Source of the DNA: Albugo candida
Taxonomy: Eukaryota
Reading direction: 5' to 3'
NCBI GenBank assembly: GCA_040437565.1
Contig: JBDOQK010000070.1
Location: 1-64,000, forward strand
DNA length: 64,000 nt
Every line of letters starts with the position of its first letter. Position 1 is the stretch's first letter. Positions 31,080 to 43,800 of this stretch are shown piece after piece. The translations under genes and the position numbers were made by a program. Under the pieces are notes generated by a model, which ran no database searches, was not told the origin of the DNA, and saw only the letters and a program-made list of their open reading frames with translations.

Positions 31080-32532
31080 ATGACTAAAAAGACATTATGC
31101 ATGATCCCCGGACCCGTGGAATTTGAAGATAGAGTACTCGCATCGTTTGCACATGAGGGAATCTCTCACGTCGATTCTCAAGTTCTCGAAACCTTTGGCT
31201 CTTGTCTCGAAAAGCTTCGTAAAGTAAGATCTCATAGAAACCTCTATATTTCCATATCACACAGCATCGCATTAACCGTGTTATCTGATATTCCTTATTA
31301 TATCATATAATATAATTTAACAGGTCCTATTCGCACCCGATGGACAACCCTTAATAGTAGCCGGGTCCGGCACACTCGGATGGGATATGGTCGGCGCTAA
31401 TTTGATGCAGGAAGGCGACCATGTTCTGGCCATCAACACAGGGTATTTTGGTGATTTCTTTGGAAAGTGTTTGACCGCTTACGGTGGCAATGTGACACAT
31501 TTGACCGCATCCATTGGTTCATTTCCAACGTTGAAGGAACTGGAATTTCTCCTACAGGACAATAAAGCTTCGCCGTTCCAACTGATTACCATCACACACG
31601 TCGATACATCGACAGGAGTACTGGTGAATGTCGAAGCATACGCTCGCCTTATTCGAAAATATCATCCGGAAGCACTGATCATTGTGGACAGTGTGTGTGC
31701 GCTTGGAGGAGAGCCACTGTATATGACGGAATGGGATGTTGATTACGTGCTCACTGGCTCACAAAAATGCATTGGCGTGCCCGCAGGACTCAGTCTGAGT
31801 GTCATTCGACCTCGAGCTCTCAAAAGATTCCAATCGCTACATCCAGAGACGTTACAAGTAGCAAGAGGAGCGTACTATTTCGATTGGAATAATTGGATAC
31901 CGATCATGAAGAACTATGAAGCTCGAAAGCCATCCTACTTTGCCACACCGTCTGTGAATCACCTTTTTGCGCTTAACACTGCATTAGACATTCAATTGGA
32001 GAACGGTGGGATGGAACAGCGATTCAAAGAGCATGCGATTGTTGCAAATGCGATCCAACAAGCGCTTGAAAGTCTGGGATGCACACTGATCACTCAAGCG
32101 GGAGCACATGCACATACGCTTTCGTGTGTACGCTATCCTCCAGGCATCAGTGCGTCTGATTTTTTGTCCAAAGTGAGATCTCGTGGCGTATCGCTAGCTG
32201 GTGGACTTCATCATCAAATCAAGACCGAGTACTTTCGTATCGGGCACATGGGACCAAGCACAAGAAGACTCGATCATATCTGGAAGACATTTGAAGCAAT
32301 TGAGACAGCTCTATTGGCATGTGGCTACATACTTCCACCCGGTGGGCACAAAGAAGCCATCCTCGCACTTGAAGCTGCGTCGTCCAAGATCCCACTCAAG
32401 CCAGGTTGTACATTCATACGCGCAATGCACGCCTGCCCACTACCGCCCAAATGCCAGTTCTACTCACTTGCTGCGCTGGCAGCTGCGTTCACGAGCGGCT
32501 TCTTTCTAGCGCGTTTTCATTCGCGTGCTTGA
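31080..32532 (+). CDS. AGXT: Alanine:glyoxylate / serine:pyruvate aminotransferase (class V PLP), 2 exons
   Basis: MIPGPVE, intron 31224-31323, GSGTLGWD, THVDTSTGV, IVDSVC, GSQK (PLP lysine), YFATP and FRIGHMG. Confidence 0.93.
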
Positions 32533-32607
32533 TACGTTTTCGTAGGTGAAAAGATCCAAATGCAAAAGCGAAGAAAGATCGTGTTTTTTTTTCATGCAAG
32601 AATTCTC

Positions 32608-33993
32608 TCAAGTTTTTGACGCTTCCTGCAGCTCCTCAAGCAATGTATTCTGTTCATTCAGCATCAGCGCCTCCATCAGCGGATCCATGAGCTCTCCATT
32701 GAGAAACCTTTCGATTCCGTAAAGTGTGACATTGACGCGATGATCGCTCACACGACTTTGCGGGAAATTATACGTCCGAATTCGTTCCGATCGATCTCCC
32801 GATCCAATTTGTGAGCTACGAAGTTGATGTCTTTTGGTGTCTCTTTGGTCACGCAATTGAGCGTGGACGCGTGCACGGAGGATATTCATCGCTTTGGCTT
32901 TGTTTTGATGTTGCGATCGCTCATCCTACATATTTCCATCAATTCCCATCATCCATTCGTCTCCGCTTAAACACACACCTGGACAGCTGCTTGGATACCT
33001 GTGGGTATATGTGTGATGCGAACCGCGCTCTCGGTCGTGTTCACATGTTGTCCGCCACTTCCACTCGCGCGATATACGTCCATTCGAAGATCTTTTGGGT
33101 TCAATTCCAACTCAATTTCTTCGATTTCCGGCAATACGACTACCGATACGGCGCTCGTATGCACTCGTACGTCGTTTATAGGCACTCTTTGCACGCGATG
33201 GACACCACTTTCAAACTTAAAGTGCCCGTACACACCGCGCCCTTGGATGGCGCACACACATTCTTTACATCCGCCGAGATCTGTATGAGTGATGGTCAAA
33301 ATATGAAGTCGCCAATTCTGAAGGAGGGCGATTTTCTGGTATAGTTTAACCAAGTCATTTGCAAAAAGACAAGCTTCCTCGCCTCCGGTTCCCGCACGAA
33401 TTTCCAAAATGCAGTTTTTATCGTCAGCTGGATCGCGGGGAAGTAATTGACGCTAGTAGAGATGATGAATGGAGATGGGGATGATGGAGACAACGCACCG
33501 TGAGCGATTTCTCCAGCGCGATGGCTTTTTCTTTGGCTTCTTCGAGTTCCTCTTTGGCTAATTGAATGAGTTCCTCATCCTTTTCTGAAGAAGGAGTTGA
33601 GATGATCTATCAAAAAACGTGAGGAAGAGAACGGAAGATGATGAGATGGGAACCTCGGTGAGTTCGTCGATTGTCTGATGCGTGGATTGAAGATGTTGGA
33701 TGGTTGTGATTTTGGGTGTGAGTTCCGCAAGTTCGATGGAAAGATTCTTGAGGATCGATGAACTCATTTTGCCTTGAGGACTGTGAGGAGTGAGGGGATG
33801 AGATGTATGGAAAATGGACAACGCGCCTGTAAAGCTGCTCAGATAACGATTTATGGCGTTCGAGAAGAAGTTTCATGTTGCTGTGGATGGAGGATGATAA
33901 AGTGAAGTTTCGCATTCGGATGCGACGGACGGGAATCGGTGATACATTACGTTGAGGGCGCAAGAGGAAGCGTGAGTGGAACCCTCGCCGCAT
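32608..33993 (-). CDS. Mitochondrial class-I peptide chain release factor (RF1-type), multi-exon
   Basis: Arg-rich presequence, [42 protein letters not shown] and [23 protein letters not shown]. Confidence 0.93.
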
Positions 33994-34119
33994 TTTGATT
34001 AGGATTTCCGCCAATCATTGTAGGTTTTAATTTGACCAATCGTAGTAAAGTGTGGGGTTTATTGTCCACTAAGTGACGTTCATGAAGATTGAGTATACAA
34101 ACAAACCGGCACTGCACAG

Positions 34120-34140
34120 TACAAGGTTTGTTCGTATGGG
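34120..34140 (+). promoter_or_regulatory. Candidate snRNA proximal promoter element upstream of U1 copy B
   Basis: TACAAGGTTTGTTCGTATGGG, 17/21 identical to 214-234 and at nearly the same distance from +1. Confidence 0.6.
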
Positions 34141-34183
34141 GTATAAAATCGTATAAGCGTAACGATGGACCAACCACATTGTC

Positions 34184-34344
34184 ATACTTACCTGACTGGA
34201 GTCTGACAGTGATCAATAAGGCTGTTGGCTTGGGCCGGAGCAGGTCCCTTGCACCCCGATGCTGTAATGGTCCAGGAATGCCCTCTGGGTAACTCCACAG
34301 TATAATTTTTGATAGCGGGGGTGAGCGCGTGCGCCGCCCCCACC
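34184..34344 (+). ncRNA. U1: U1 snRNA (copy B)
   Basis: Same sequence as 279-439 but with a different upstream flank. Confidence 0.95.
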
Positions 34345-34446
34345 NNNNNNNNNNNNNNNNNNNNNNNNNNNNNNNNNNNNNNNNNNNNNNNNNNNNNNNN
34401 NNNNNNNNNNNNNNNNNNNNNNNNNNNNNNNNNNNNNNNNNNNNTC

Positions 34447-34607
34447 ATACTTACCTGACTGGAGTCTGACAGTGATCAATAAGGCTGTTGGCTTGGGCCG
34501 GAGCAGGTCCCTTGCACCCCGATGCTGTAATGGTCCAGGAATGCCCTCTGGGTAACTCCACAGTATAATTTTTGATAGCGGGGGTGAGCGCGTGCGCCGC
34601 CCCCACC
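34447..34607 (+). ncRNA. U1: U1 snRNA, gap-overlap duplicate (probably the same locus as copy B; supplies the 3' flank)
   Basis: Identical sequence starting immediately after a 100-N gap, with no upstream flank of its own. Confidence 0.6.
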
Positions 34608-34786
34608 CCTTCTCCATATTCTTAAAGCTTAAGAATATTTACTGTGACTTCCTTTTTAATTGTACCGTATACGCGCGAGTAGTGCGCCCACTCTTATGTG
34701 TCGGTTCGAAATCTATTTCTTATCCAAAAGACACGAACTCGCAATCTTCAAATCGCATCTAAAAATCTAAGCTTTCCGATTCGCAA

Positions 34787-36145
34787 ATGTATCTAACTCG
34801 ACGATTGCTACGCTCAACGCTCTCACCTTCGCAATGTAACACGCCTACAACTTCGTCGTCGCCAAATAAAATGAAATCCAATGCGCTTACAAATCACATA
34901 AATAAAGAGCCATTTGATCCAAAAGAGTTGTATTACGGATACCAACGAGTCGTCGACGCTCTCGATTCCAAAGAGCGTTGGTCAGAAGCTCGAATTCTCG
35001 ATTTGAATGAGTCGGAACGACTATTATTTGTGCATTATATTGGCTGGAACTCTAGGTATGACGAGTGGGTGGCTCGTGAGAGAATTACGGCGCACGGGAG
35101 ACACACAAAAGCGAAGCGAAAACCGCCTGAAAGTTGGGATGGAAAAACATCGCTTTTCCGTCGACGTGGTAAGAGGAGAACCAGTATAGTACCGGTAAGT
35201 ATCGACCATCAGGATACCGATACTTCAGCGGTAATACCGACATCCCCGTGCTCTCCCGTTAAAGTACGAAAGCTCCCGGAAGCAAATGATTCCATACACA
35301 GCGATGCAACGGACGAACCAAGAGACGAACCAGTTCGCATTGAGGTTGCATCGCTCGATGGAACTCAGGGTAATGAACCAAAGGAAAGAACGATCGATTT
35401 GGAGCTTACTATCGACGTGCATGCGGACCCAATGGAATCGTCTGTGACCCGGGACAAGTCTCATAAGAAAGCCAAAAAGGAACAAAAGATACCACGATGT
35501 ACCGACTCCGACACCGAGATAAATGGAATGGAAGAATATGCAATGGAAGGTCCGAATCGTACCACAAAAAAACATTTGGCCGCTATTTTCCGATCGAGGC
35601 TACAGCAAAGTTATCGTGTCGAAGGGTACCAAATGTACATGGGACCGACGTCCCCGACGGAATCAGCTTTGGAGGCATTCTCATTGCATCATAATCCATC
35701 ATATAGTGCAGCAGTACAATGTCAGAGTTTTTCTCGGTGTGCTAGGAAGGAAGAGCATTTTCAAGATCAAATCGGTCGGATGGAGCAGGAAGCGTATCAT
35801 CAGCAAACATTGGCGCTACGAAAAAAGAATTTACAATTTGCTGTGGAGAGTGAGGAATTACTGAAAAAGAGCAGTGCTTTGTGGCACGATCAGAGTCACG
35901 CTTTTCGGGTGTTGGATTCAACTGCTTCTCCGACAAACGCTTCGACTTCGTCTGAAAGCAGTCCGAAAATCCAAAGTGTCAATCAGAGTTCTGAAGCAGA
36001 TACAGGTCAACGTTTTGGATTAAAGGAGAAAGGTGTCACTTCTGAATGTTCGGCTAAAGAGAAGGAATCCGATGCATTGGAAAATGGAAAGGATGAAGCG
36101 AATCAGAAAGAAGAGGATGAAATTTTGTACGAATTTGTGTTATAA
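34787..36145 (+). CDS. Tudor-knot/chromo-barrel domain protein (alternative ATG at 34871)
   Basis: VDALD....W.EARIL......LFVHYIGWNSRYDEWV. The remainder is low-complexity or disordered. Confidence 0.8.
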   Translation: MYLTRRLLRSTLSPSQCNTPTTSSSPNKMKSNALTNHINKEPFDPKELYYGYQRVVDALDSKERWSEARILDLNESERLLFVHYIGWNSRYDEWVARERITAHGRHTKAKRKPPESWDGKTSLFRRRGKRRTSIVPVSIDHQDTDTSAVIPTSPCSPVKVRKLPEANDSIHSDATDEPRDEPVRIEVASLDGTQGNEPKERTIDLELTIDVHADPMESSVTRDKSHKKAKKEQKIPRCTDSDTEINGMEEYAMEGPNRTTKKHLAAIFRSRLQQSYRVEGYQMYMGPTSPTESALEAFSLHHNPSYSAAVQCQSFSRCARKEEHFQDQIGRMEQEAYHQQTLALRKKNLQFAVESEELLKKSSALWHDQSHAFRVLDSTASPTNASTSSESSPKIQSVNQSSEADTGQRFGLKEKGVTSECSAKEKESDALENGKDEANQKEEDEILYEFVL

Positions 36146-37162
36146 TTTGGTGAAATTGACATTTCCGTATGTACCTGGAGTGATTGTCGAAACTTTGTAA
36201 AGTAAAAAGCGGCTGTAAAGGGTTTTCAAAGTGAATGTGAAGGGCGTGCTAATGGAAGTGCTATTTTGCGAGTGGAAGAGAAATAGGGCAAATGGGTCGC
36301 AATGTGATCAGAAAGTGATTATGTGATGCTGTTTTGTATGTTGAGAAGCATTGCGATGGCTGAGATTGAATATCAAATTGGTTTCTTTTTGTATTCGCTT
36401 TATACGGGGGCCTCTATTAAAAATGTGTATCGTACTTATCGGCATTTCTTAAGTGCGACCGACAGAGAACATGAAGTAGAAATATTACAAATAGTATGTT
36501 AGCGATAAATAGATAAGAAGTTCACTTGAAGCAATACATTTTGGCTGAAAAATCGTCACTGAAACGATATGGTTGATGTCAAGTTGGTGAATACTAGTAT
36601 TCCTACCCGATCCGTCAAATATATTTCAGGTCAGAAGCCGCACATCCTTGACAAGAACACCAAGTGAAGAGGATTCTTGGGAGAGCAATGAGGAATGTAT
36701 GCCCGTCACTATATACTCATCGAATTTGCGTTTGATCTATCATATATTTGATATTTTCAAGTCATGAAACAGGATCATCAGTGTAAATAACTCAAGTTGA
36801 CACGTCAAACATATTGAAGCGGTAGATTCGAACATTTGCATTTTCCCAAATTATGTGGAATATTGTGAAGGTTGGAAGGAGTTGAGTCAGACTAGAACCA
36901 CACCCTGTGAGAAGGGGTATACAGAATTTTTGATTGTGTTTTGTGTCTGGATGCAGAAGTAGCTTCATTTTTGTTTGTGCACTAGCAACGTAGCGCATTA
37001 GTATAAAGTAATTCCATAGAGCCAGACTATAAGCGGGATTACTGTGCATATCCTAAAGGATAATGCTGGAGTATTTATTCGTCCTACCGATGGCTATTGC
37101 TCTTTCAAATATGATTTCTCAGTTCCCGTAAAGTATCCGCGAATGATTTGGTGCGGAACTTT

Positions 37163-40100
37163 TGTTGAAATGTACGCTGTAGTTAAAGTACTGTATGAGG
37201 TGAATCCACGATAAAGCGACGACTGTGAGGTATGGTACATATTATCATTAATGAACGTGAAAGAAAAGTTGCTGAATGAGCACGATAAAAAAAGCAGCAA
37301 GGTAGCTCTGAGGGTGCATTTTGCGTACGTCATGGCCAAGAATGAGGACGGACGATGCGTCAAAACGAACGGCGCATGAAGATTATAAGGAGCAATTTTG
37401 TGGAAGGTGCCGAAGATGCAACAAACTGGGCCGTAAGCAATATTAGTCCAAGACAAAGTCTGCGACGGACGCGAATTTAATTGCATTAAGAGTTCATGAT
37501 GGTGGTAAACAAGGTTGGTTGTTGGACGGTGGGACCTAGTCACATATGATCCCGGCAAAGCAAGATTTAGCCGAATTGCATGAGTTAGAGGATCCAATCG
37601 AAATTCGTGTTGTAGACGGAGCCAAGATGGAAGCAATTAAAAAAAGAACCGTTATATTCCGCTATAAGATTGGTATAATGGTGAAGGGAGTGTCACACAT
37701 ACCCACTTTGGATAGAGGGCTACTGTCAGACCCGATGAAAGCTCATCATGGGCTCGACATGCGTTTCGGTGCAAATCATTGCGACATATGTAAAGGGAAT
37801 TGATCTACTGGCGCCATTGAAGCGAGAAGGTAACGTGTACATACTCAACGTGGAACATGAGCGTGCTTTTGTGGTTGGACACAAGAACGCTGAGAACAAG
37901 TGGGAGCTGCGGCATTCCAGAATGATCCATCCACGCCACAGAGTCTACGATAAACACAACAGTGGACTGAAGCTTTGCCAAGAATTTCGGACAAAGTTGG
38001 CAAACTGCAGCGGATGTCTGTCGATGACGAAGATCATGCAGACATTACAATTAGTTCACGCAAATGTCAAAAGACCCATGAAAACAGTCTCGTTTGATGC
38101 TGTCGATTCTTGACGACTTCTCCGCATTTGTGAACGTATACTTTTTAAAGACCAAAAGTGAGGTAACTACCAAGTTCAACAAGTACAAAGCAGAATGAAC
38201 TACAGTGTGGAACGAAGCTATACGCACGGACAACGGAGGAGATCGTAAAACAAGAGGTTTGAATTAATATGCCGGAGAGAGTTGAATCATTCACCAGTAA
38301 AAAGTATCCTACACCCCGAAGTAAAACGGAGTTGCTAAGCGAATGAACAGGACAATCACGGAAAAGACGAGAAGCATGATGAGCCACAAGGGTGCTGCAT
38401 AGACTTGGTGGGATGAAGCAATACATACCGGGGTTCACCTGATCAATCGAAACACAAGAATCCATTCCTCGAATATGACTCCATTCAAAAAAAGTTCAAG
38501 GCAAAGCTGCAACTACATTACCCACGTGTGTTGTGATCGCTGGGATAAGTTCAATCAGTTGCATGCTACTGGGATTTGCCAAACATGCAAAAGGCCATTC
38601 AGTTTTTGATATGAAGACACACACTGTTCAGACCAGCAGAACGATTGCGCTAGATGAACGCCAAGTTGACAGTATGTACAAGGAAACTTGTCAAATACTA
38701 CAGTGACTGATAAAGCAGCGATCCCATGCGAATGTGATGCGAATGATGACTTACATGATCGATTGCATATCAATGGAACTGCAGATGTGGAAATGGAGGA
38801 AGGGAATGGAGATGATGACGCGGGGATGGATAAACAGATACGTGACATTGAAACCGAGGACGCCAGCATAAACTTCTGGGATGGCTGTCACAAATCGCAC
38901 TCAAATCACTCAGAACAACTTACGCAACAGCCACGACAATTGCAGATAGGTTTTGCCTGCAAGAAAACGCACCCGGTAAAACAAAGGGTAAAAAAGGTAA
39001 CGAGATGATATTCACCCAAAGATTGCTCGTGTTTCCCATATGCAAAGCAACCGACGCCTTCTTACCGACGCAACCAGTGGTAGAGATGAATGCGATATTG
39101 CAAAGATTGAGCACCAACCCATACTGATGATTGAAGCTGATGCTGCTGACAACCATACTGAAGACAGTATCTTCGTGTAAGATAATAATATCAAGTCAAA
39201 TGAGAGAGATGATAACCAACCAACCTCCATCCAAGATATCGCGATTGGATAGCGACACGCAGTTGACGGTAGAAGTCGCGATGGTAACACAAAATTTTCC
39301 ATCCTTGTATGAAGATGAAAAAGACCAGTAGATTTTTAGCCATTGATAACAGATTTGCTGCGCACAAATGGAAGAACACGTGGTCAATTATGAAACACAA
39401 ATGAAGGATTAAGACTATTGAATTTCGGTGGGTCTGGGTCAAGAAAGAGACGGGCCCGACGCTGCTCTACAAAGCGAGATTGGTTGCGCTGGTAATTTGG
39501 CAACATCAAGGAGTCGATTTCTTCGAGACATACGCTGCTGTGGCGAACATTAATTCGATTAGCATACTGCTATCAACGTGCTGTGCAATTGGATACATCA
39601 TTGAACAAAACGATGTGGACACAGCGTATATGAATGTAGACATACAAGAAGTCTAGTTGGAAGTTCCAAAGGGTCTAAAGCTGAACCGTGATTTATATGG
39701 CATAAAGCAACCACACAATGCATTGCTGCAGAAACTATTCGAGCAGAAATCCAGGCACTAGACTTTCGAACAAAAACAGCCCGACGACGCAAGAATAAAA
39801 AGAATTTATGAATTCCAAACCGTATCGCTACCATATTGAGCGCTTACTGTATGTTGCAACATGCACAGGGCCGGATGTGGCATTCGCTGTGAGTCAACTC
39901 GGACGTTTTTCATCCAACCCTACATCGAAGCATTGGAAGGCAACAATTTAGGTATTGCCATACTTAAAATCGACGGCTACATTCGAGTAAACTACACTGT
40001 CAATAGAACCGCGAACCAACTATCTGCCTACAGTGATGCAGATTGGAGGAGCAACTTGGATGGACGTAGATCTGTTAGCTGAGTATCGGCACTACTGAGT

Positions 40101-40655
40101 GGTGAACCAGTTGTATTTAAGTCATAACAAAAAATACCAACGTATGGTGGCCTTGAGTACCTCAGAAGCTGAGTATATGGTAATGAGCATGTGTGCATAG
40201 GACGTACTGCGGGCAAGAGAAATGCTCTCCGACCTAAATTCGAACAGAAGAATCCAAGATTGTCTGGGAAGATAATCAAGGAGCTTTCGCACTTGCCACG
40301 AGCCCAGGATATCATGCGCGACGAAGCATGCGGATATCCGCTATCACTTTATTCGTGAGAAAATAACGACAGGTTTGATAAAAGTGATCGACAATGAGAC
40401 GAAATACCAAGTCGCGAACAGTCTGACGAAACCACTAGGAACCAACGAATACAATGCATTCGTGATGCAATGGTATCAATTGAGCGTGCAACTACATTAC
40501 ATGGGGGTGTTAAAACGTACACTATAGTTTAAGTTCTGTAGGAGACTGATCCACGATATGCAAAGTGACGATTGTGAGGTATGGTACATAATTCGAGGTG
40601 CTGTAATCAGTGGCCAGCAGGCGACTATAAAACTTTTGTAAAACTTGATAATACA
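37163..40655 (+). mobile_element. Decayed Ty1/copia LTR retrotransposon
   Basis: Similar termini at 37163-37241 and from 40508 (TGTT.AAA.GTAC...CCACGATA...TGTGAGGTATGGTACATA), with a G-run just before the 3' LTR. Broken motifs occur in copia order: protease WLLDGGT*SHM, integrase LQLVHANV..PM, RT YKARLVA and GVDFFETYA, RNase H YSDADW, EDNQGA and TKHADIRYHFIREK. Many stops and frameshifts. Confidence 0.9.
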
Positions 40656-40689
40656 GTTCTTCTTTTCTTTCCTCGAAATAACATAAACG

Positions 40690-40868
40690 AATGCAATGGG
40701 TATCAAGTGGGCGTACAACTACATGAAGTGGAAGTGCTAAAATATACACTATGGTTGAACTCTGTTTGAGAAAAATTCCACGATATGCAAAGCGAGGGCG
40801 TTGAGGTATTGTACATAATTTGGGGAATTGGGGCTAGTGATCGCTAGGCGACCATATATTCATCAACA
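40690..40868 (+). mobile_element. Second, diverged copia 3' end (internal tail plus LTR at about 40735-40868)
   Basis: Repeats ATGCAATGG.TATCAA..G.GCGT.CAACTACAT and the LTR core CCACGATATGCAAAG...TGAGGTAT.GTACATAATT. Runs TG...CA. Confidence 0.7.
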
Positions 40869-43800
40869 AATAACGTCACACGACATTTAGAATGCGAGTA
40901 GCTGCATCGTCTTGCATTTGCAAGGTGATTTTCAAAATCTCCTCCTGACAATTGCTTCATTCTTCACGGTTTGGAGTGCGAGCGCCGCATCCCTTCTCCA
41001 AATATTGCCTCGTTCCATTGGGCGAATAGTCATCTGTGATCAATACAGTACCAATTTTCGTCTTCGTAAGTGACGTGCATACACAAAAACTTGACTACAA
41101 CGCCTGTACACTCTGCATTATCTCTTACGGACGCGACACGAATAGCCGATTTTCAATGCTCTTGGAGTAATGCCGTCGGTAGCAGATTGGTCTCTGAGCT
41201 CGCATGGGCACCTTGGATGTCGTTTCACCGGCCAGTACATAGAACGCTAATCTCACACTATTGGTATCCCCTGACCTGCACATCTCTCAATCTGAATCGA
41301 AGCAACAGCTGATAGAACCATGTAAATGGTAGTCGTAGCATTCTATCTCACATCACTACGTGTTGCTGAAGGTCAACGGTAACGCGAAAAGTCAAAACTG
41401 GCTGCTAAGCATTTTAGCTTTGTATCCCGTATCTTGTTTGCTATTCCCCCGTTTAGCTCCTACCAACGGACAAAAAGTTGTTAGTCCCGCAAGATCGTGA
41501 CTCGTCCATTAAACACGCACACAAGTGGCTGGATAGGATAGCTTGACCGACCAAGTCCATATGTTTATGTGTACAGTCTCGTTTTAGTGCGATGCTCTTG
41601 GTAGCATTGCTAAATGACATGACATCGTCAATCAATAGGAATATCCATATTACAAAATTGTCATACATACCGAATCATTCTTGTTCTCCTCGATTATGTG
41701 GTCACATAAGCTATCCGTAACAGCGCGACTAAGCCAGCCGCTGCAATTCTTCTCTATTGATGCTGACAGGAATATGTCAAAACTCTGCGCGCTGTTTAAA
41801 ACAAAGTACCTTACTGCCGGATAACTACAGTGTAGAATTTAGTGCGCACTTAACTCCATGGAAGCGGGAAAAAAGAAAGTGCCATCAGTCGACACATAGC
41901 GTTAGGGTTATAACTTTCTATATTTATTGTTTATAATGGCACTGCCCAACATTTTGTTACTTGGCCAGACATGTTCGTGCGTACATGATAAGAGCACGCT
42001 TTATCTGGTAGGTCTAGAGAGAATTGATTCATGTTTTTGTGCTGAACAGAGCTGACATGAGCTTGTCACGCAATTTTATTTTCAAAAAGAGTAGCATTCC
42101 CTATAACTCTTCTCGTAGAAAAGTCATCACGCATCTCCTCTCAATCCCCTATGCTATTCAACGTAATAAGAGATCATTTTTGTTTTTTCACTTTCAAATT
42201 TGCGACAACAAAAACAACTACCTTTGAAGCCACCTATTTGACCAATGAAAACGAGCATGAAAACAATTTTTGTGATCTGCGTTGGAATCCTCGCATCCTT
42301 CTGTTACGGTGGTTGCACAAGTAATTCACCTTCTGAAAAGCCTGCATTTGACGATCTCCCTGATATTCATGAGCCTTATTGAATGAACAAAAGAATTCAT
42401 CCGTCCGTATTTGTGGCATGGGACTTCTTGGAGATGATTTGACAGGATTAAATCGCACATTTTCAATACCATCCAAGTGGTCGTTTACAATAAAAGAAAT
42501 GAAGAAACATTAAAAAGCAGTATATTTGAGTTTTTGCGTTTTCTTTGCCGCCATAATGATGCGTGTTGTGTCACCAAAACTTCAATGAGTTGCATTGCTA
42601 TCACCCTACGAGCTTATTGGAAAGTTGATTGTCACCCTTCGCAAACTTTAAGCGTCCACGTTTCTTGGATCGCCTACATCCCTACTGCTTCGCTCGTTCC
42701 ATAAGGACATATCCTCAATAGATGAATCTACCACAAATTTTAGACGTATTCCAACATACATGTAGCACTATTACATTACATTGTGACCATAAAGCACTTT
42801 AACCTCACTGATGTCGCTTTGATTGATGTGGAACCCCAGCATCCTTCTATTTCGGAATTCGCTTGCCCTGATAAGGTGAAATCTGAACACTATTTAACTT
42901 TGAAGGCTATGCCGATAAATAGATCGCAGAACTTGAGAAGGAATACTTTTCAAGAAGCCTGGTCGAGTTGGGCTCTGATTTCATCTCAGCTAGAACAAAT
43001 GTAATGGATTTCACTACCGGGACTATGCTTGATGTTTACTTTCATGTTGCAGCTGCTGAAGAGCATCTTTAGTTTAGCTTGCTTCGTGTTGGGAACGCGA
43101 CACCTAGGTTCTTCCAAGGAAATTCGTAACCCCGATCGTAAAGTCTGCGCCACACGCAAAGTACAGATTGATGATTCCCTCCTTTAGTACATAATATAAA
43201 TTCTCATTGAAAAATGATTTTCNNNNNNNNNNNNNNNNNNNNNNNNNNNNNNNNNNNNNNNNNNNNNNNNNNNNNNNNNNNNNNNNNNNNNNNNNNNNNN
43301 NNNNNNNNNNNNNNNNNNNNNNTGCGCCACACAGATTGATGATTCCCTCCTTTAGTACATAATATAAATTCTCATTGAAAAATGATTTTCGCAAAATGAA
43401 AGCCCAGCTGATTTGGTTCACGGCCGATATCACGCGCCCGGATCTATTGTAGCGCTTATTCCCATGCAAGATAACCATCTGTGTCTACAGGACGGCCGGA
43501 GGTATAATTTATGAGTCACCCAAGCACAGCACCCGCACTTGGCAGCATCTCTCCATCGCTTCTTCTTTCAACTGAAACGCTACGAAAAATTCATCGATTT
43601 CTGTGCTGTGCGCGATGACATGCTGCGGTTCCTGGAACAATCTAGCACATTTCTTGATAGCAATGCTTCCTACTCTTACCTATAGAGTTTATTTGTCATA
43701 GGAAGTCATGAAAGATTCAAAAATACATTATAAGCTCATTTCTTGCTGGTATGGTGAGTCGATCGAAGGCACTCCTTAGAATCACAAGTACTCGACGAGT

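Noticed and set aside
13360..33993. Bacterial-type genes (PDF, RF1, LicD) as contamination or recent horizontal transfer
   Set aside because: PDF and RF1 have spliceosomal introns and are standard nuclear-encoded organellar proteins. All three lie among eukaryotic genes of similar composition.
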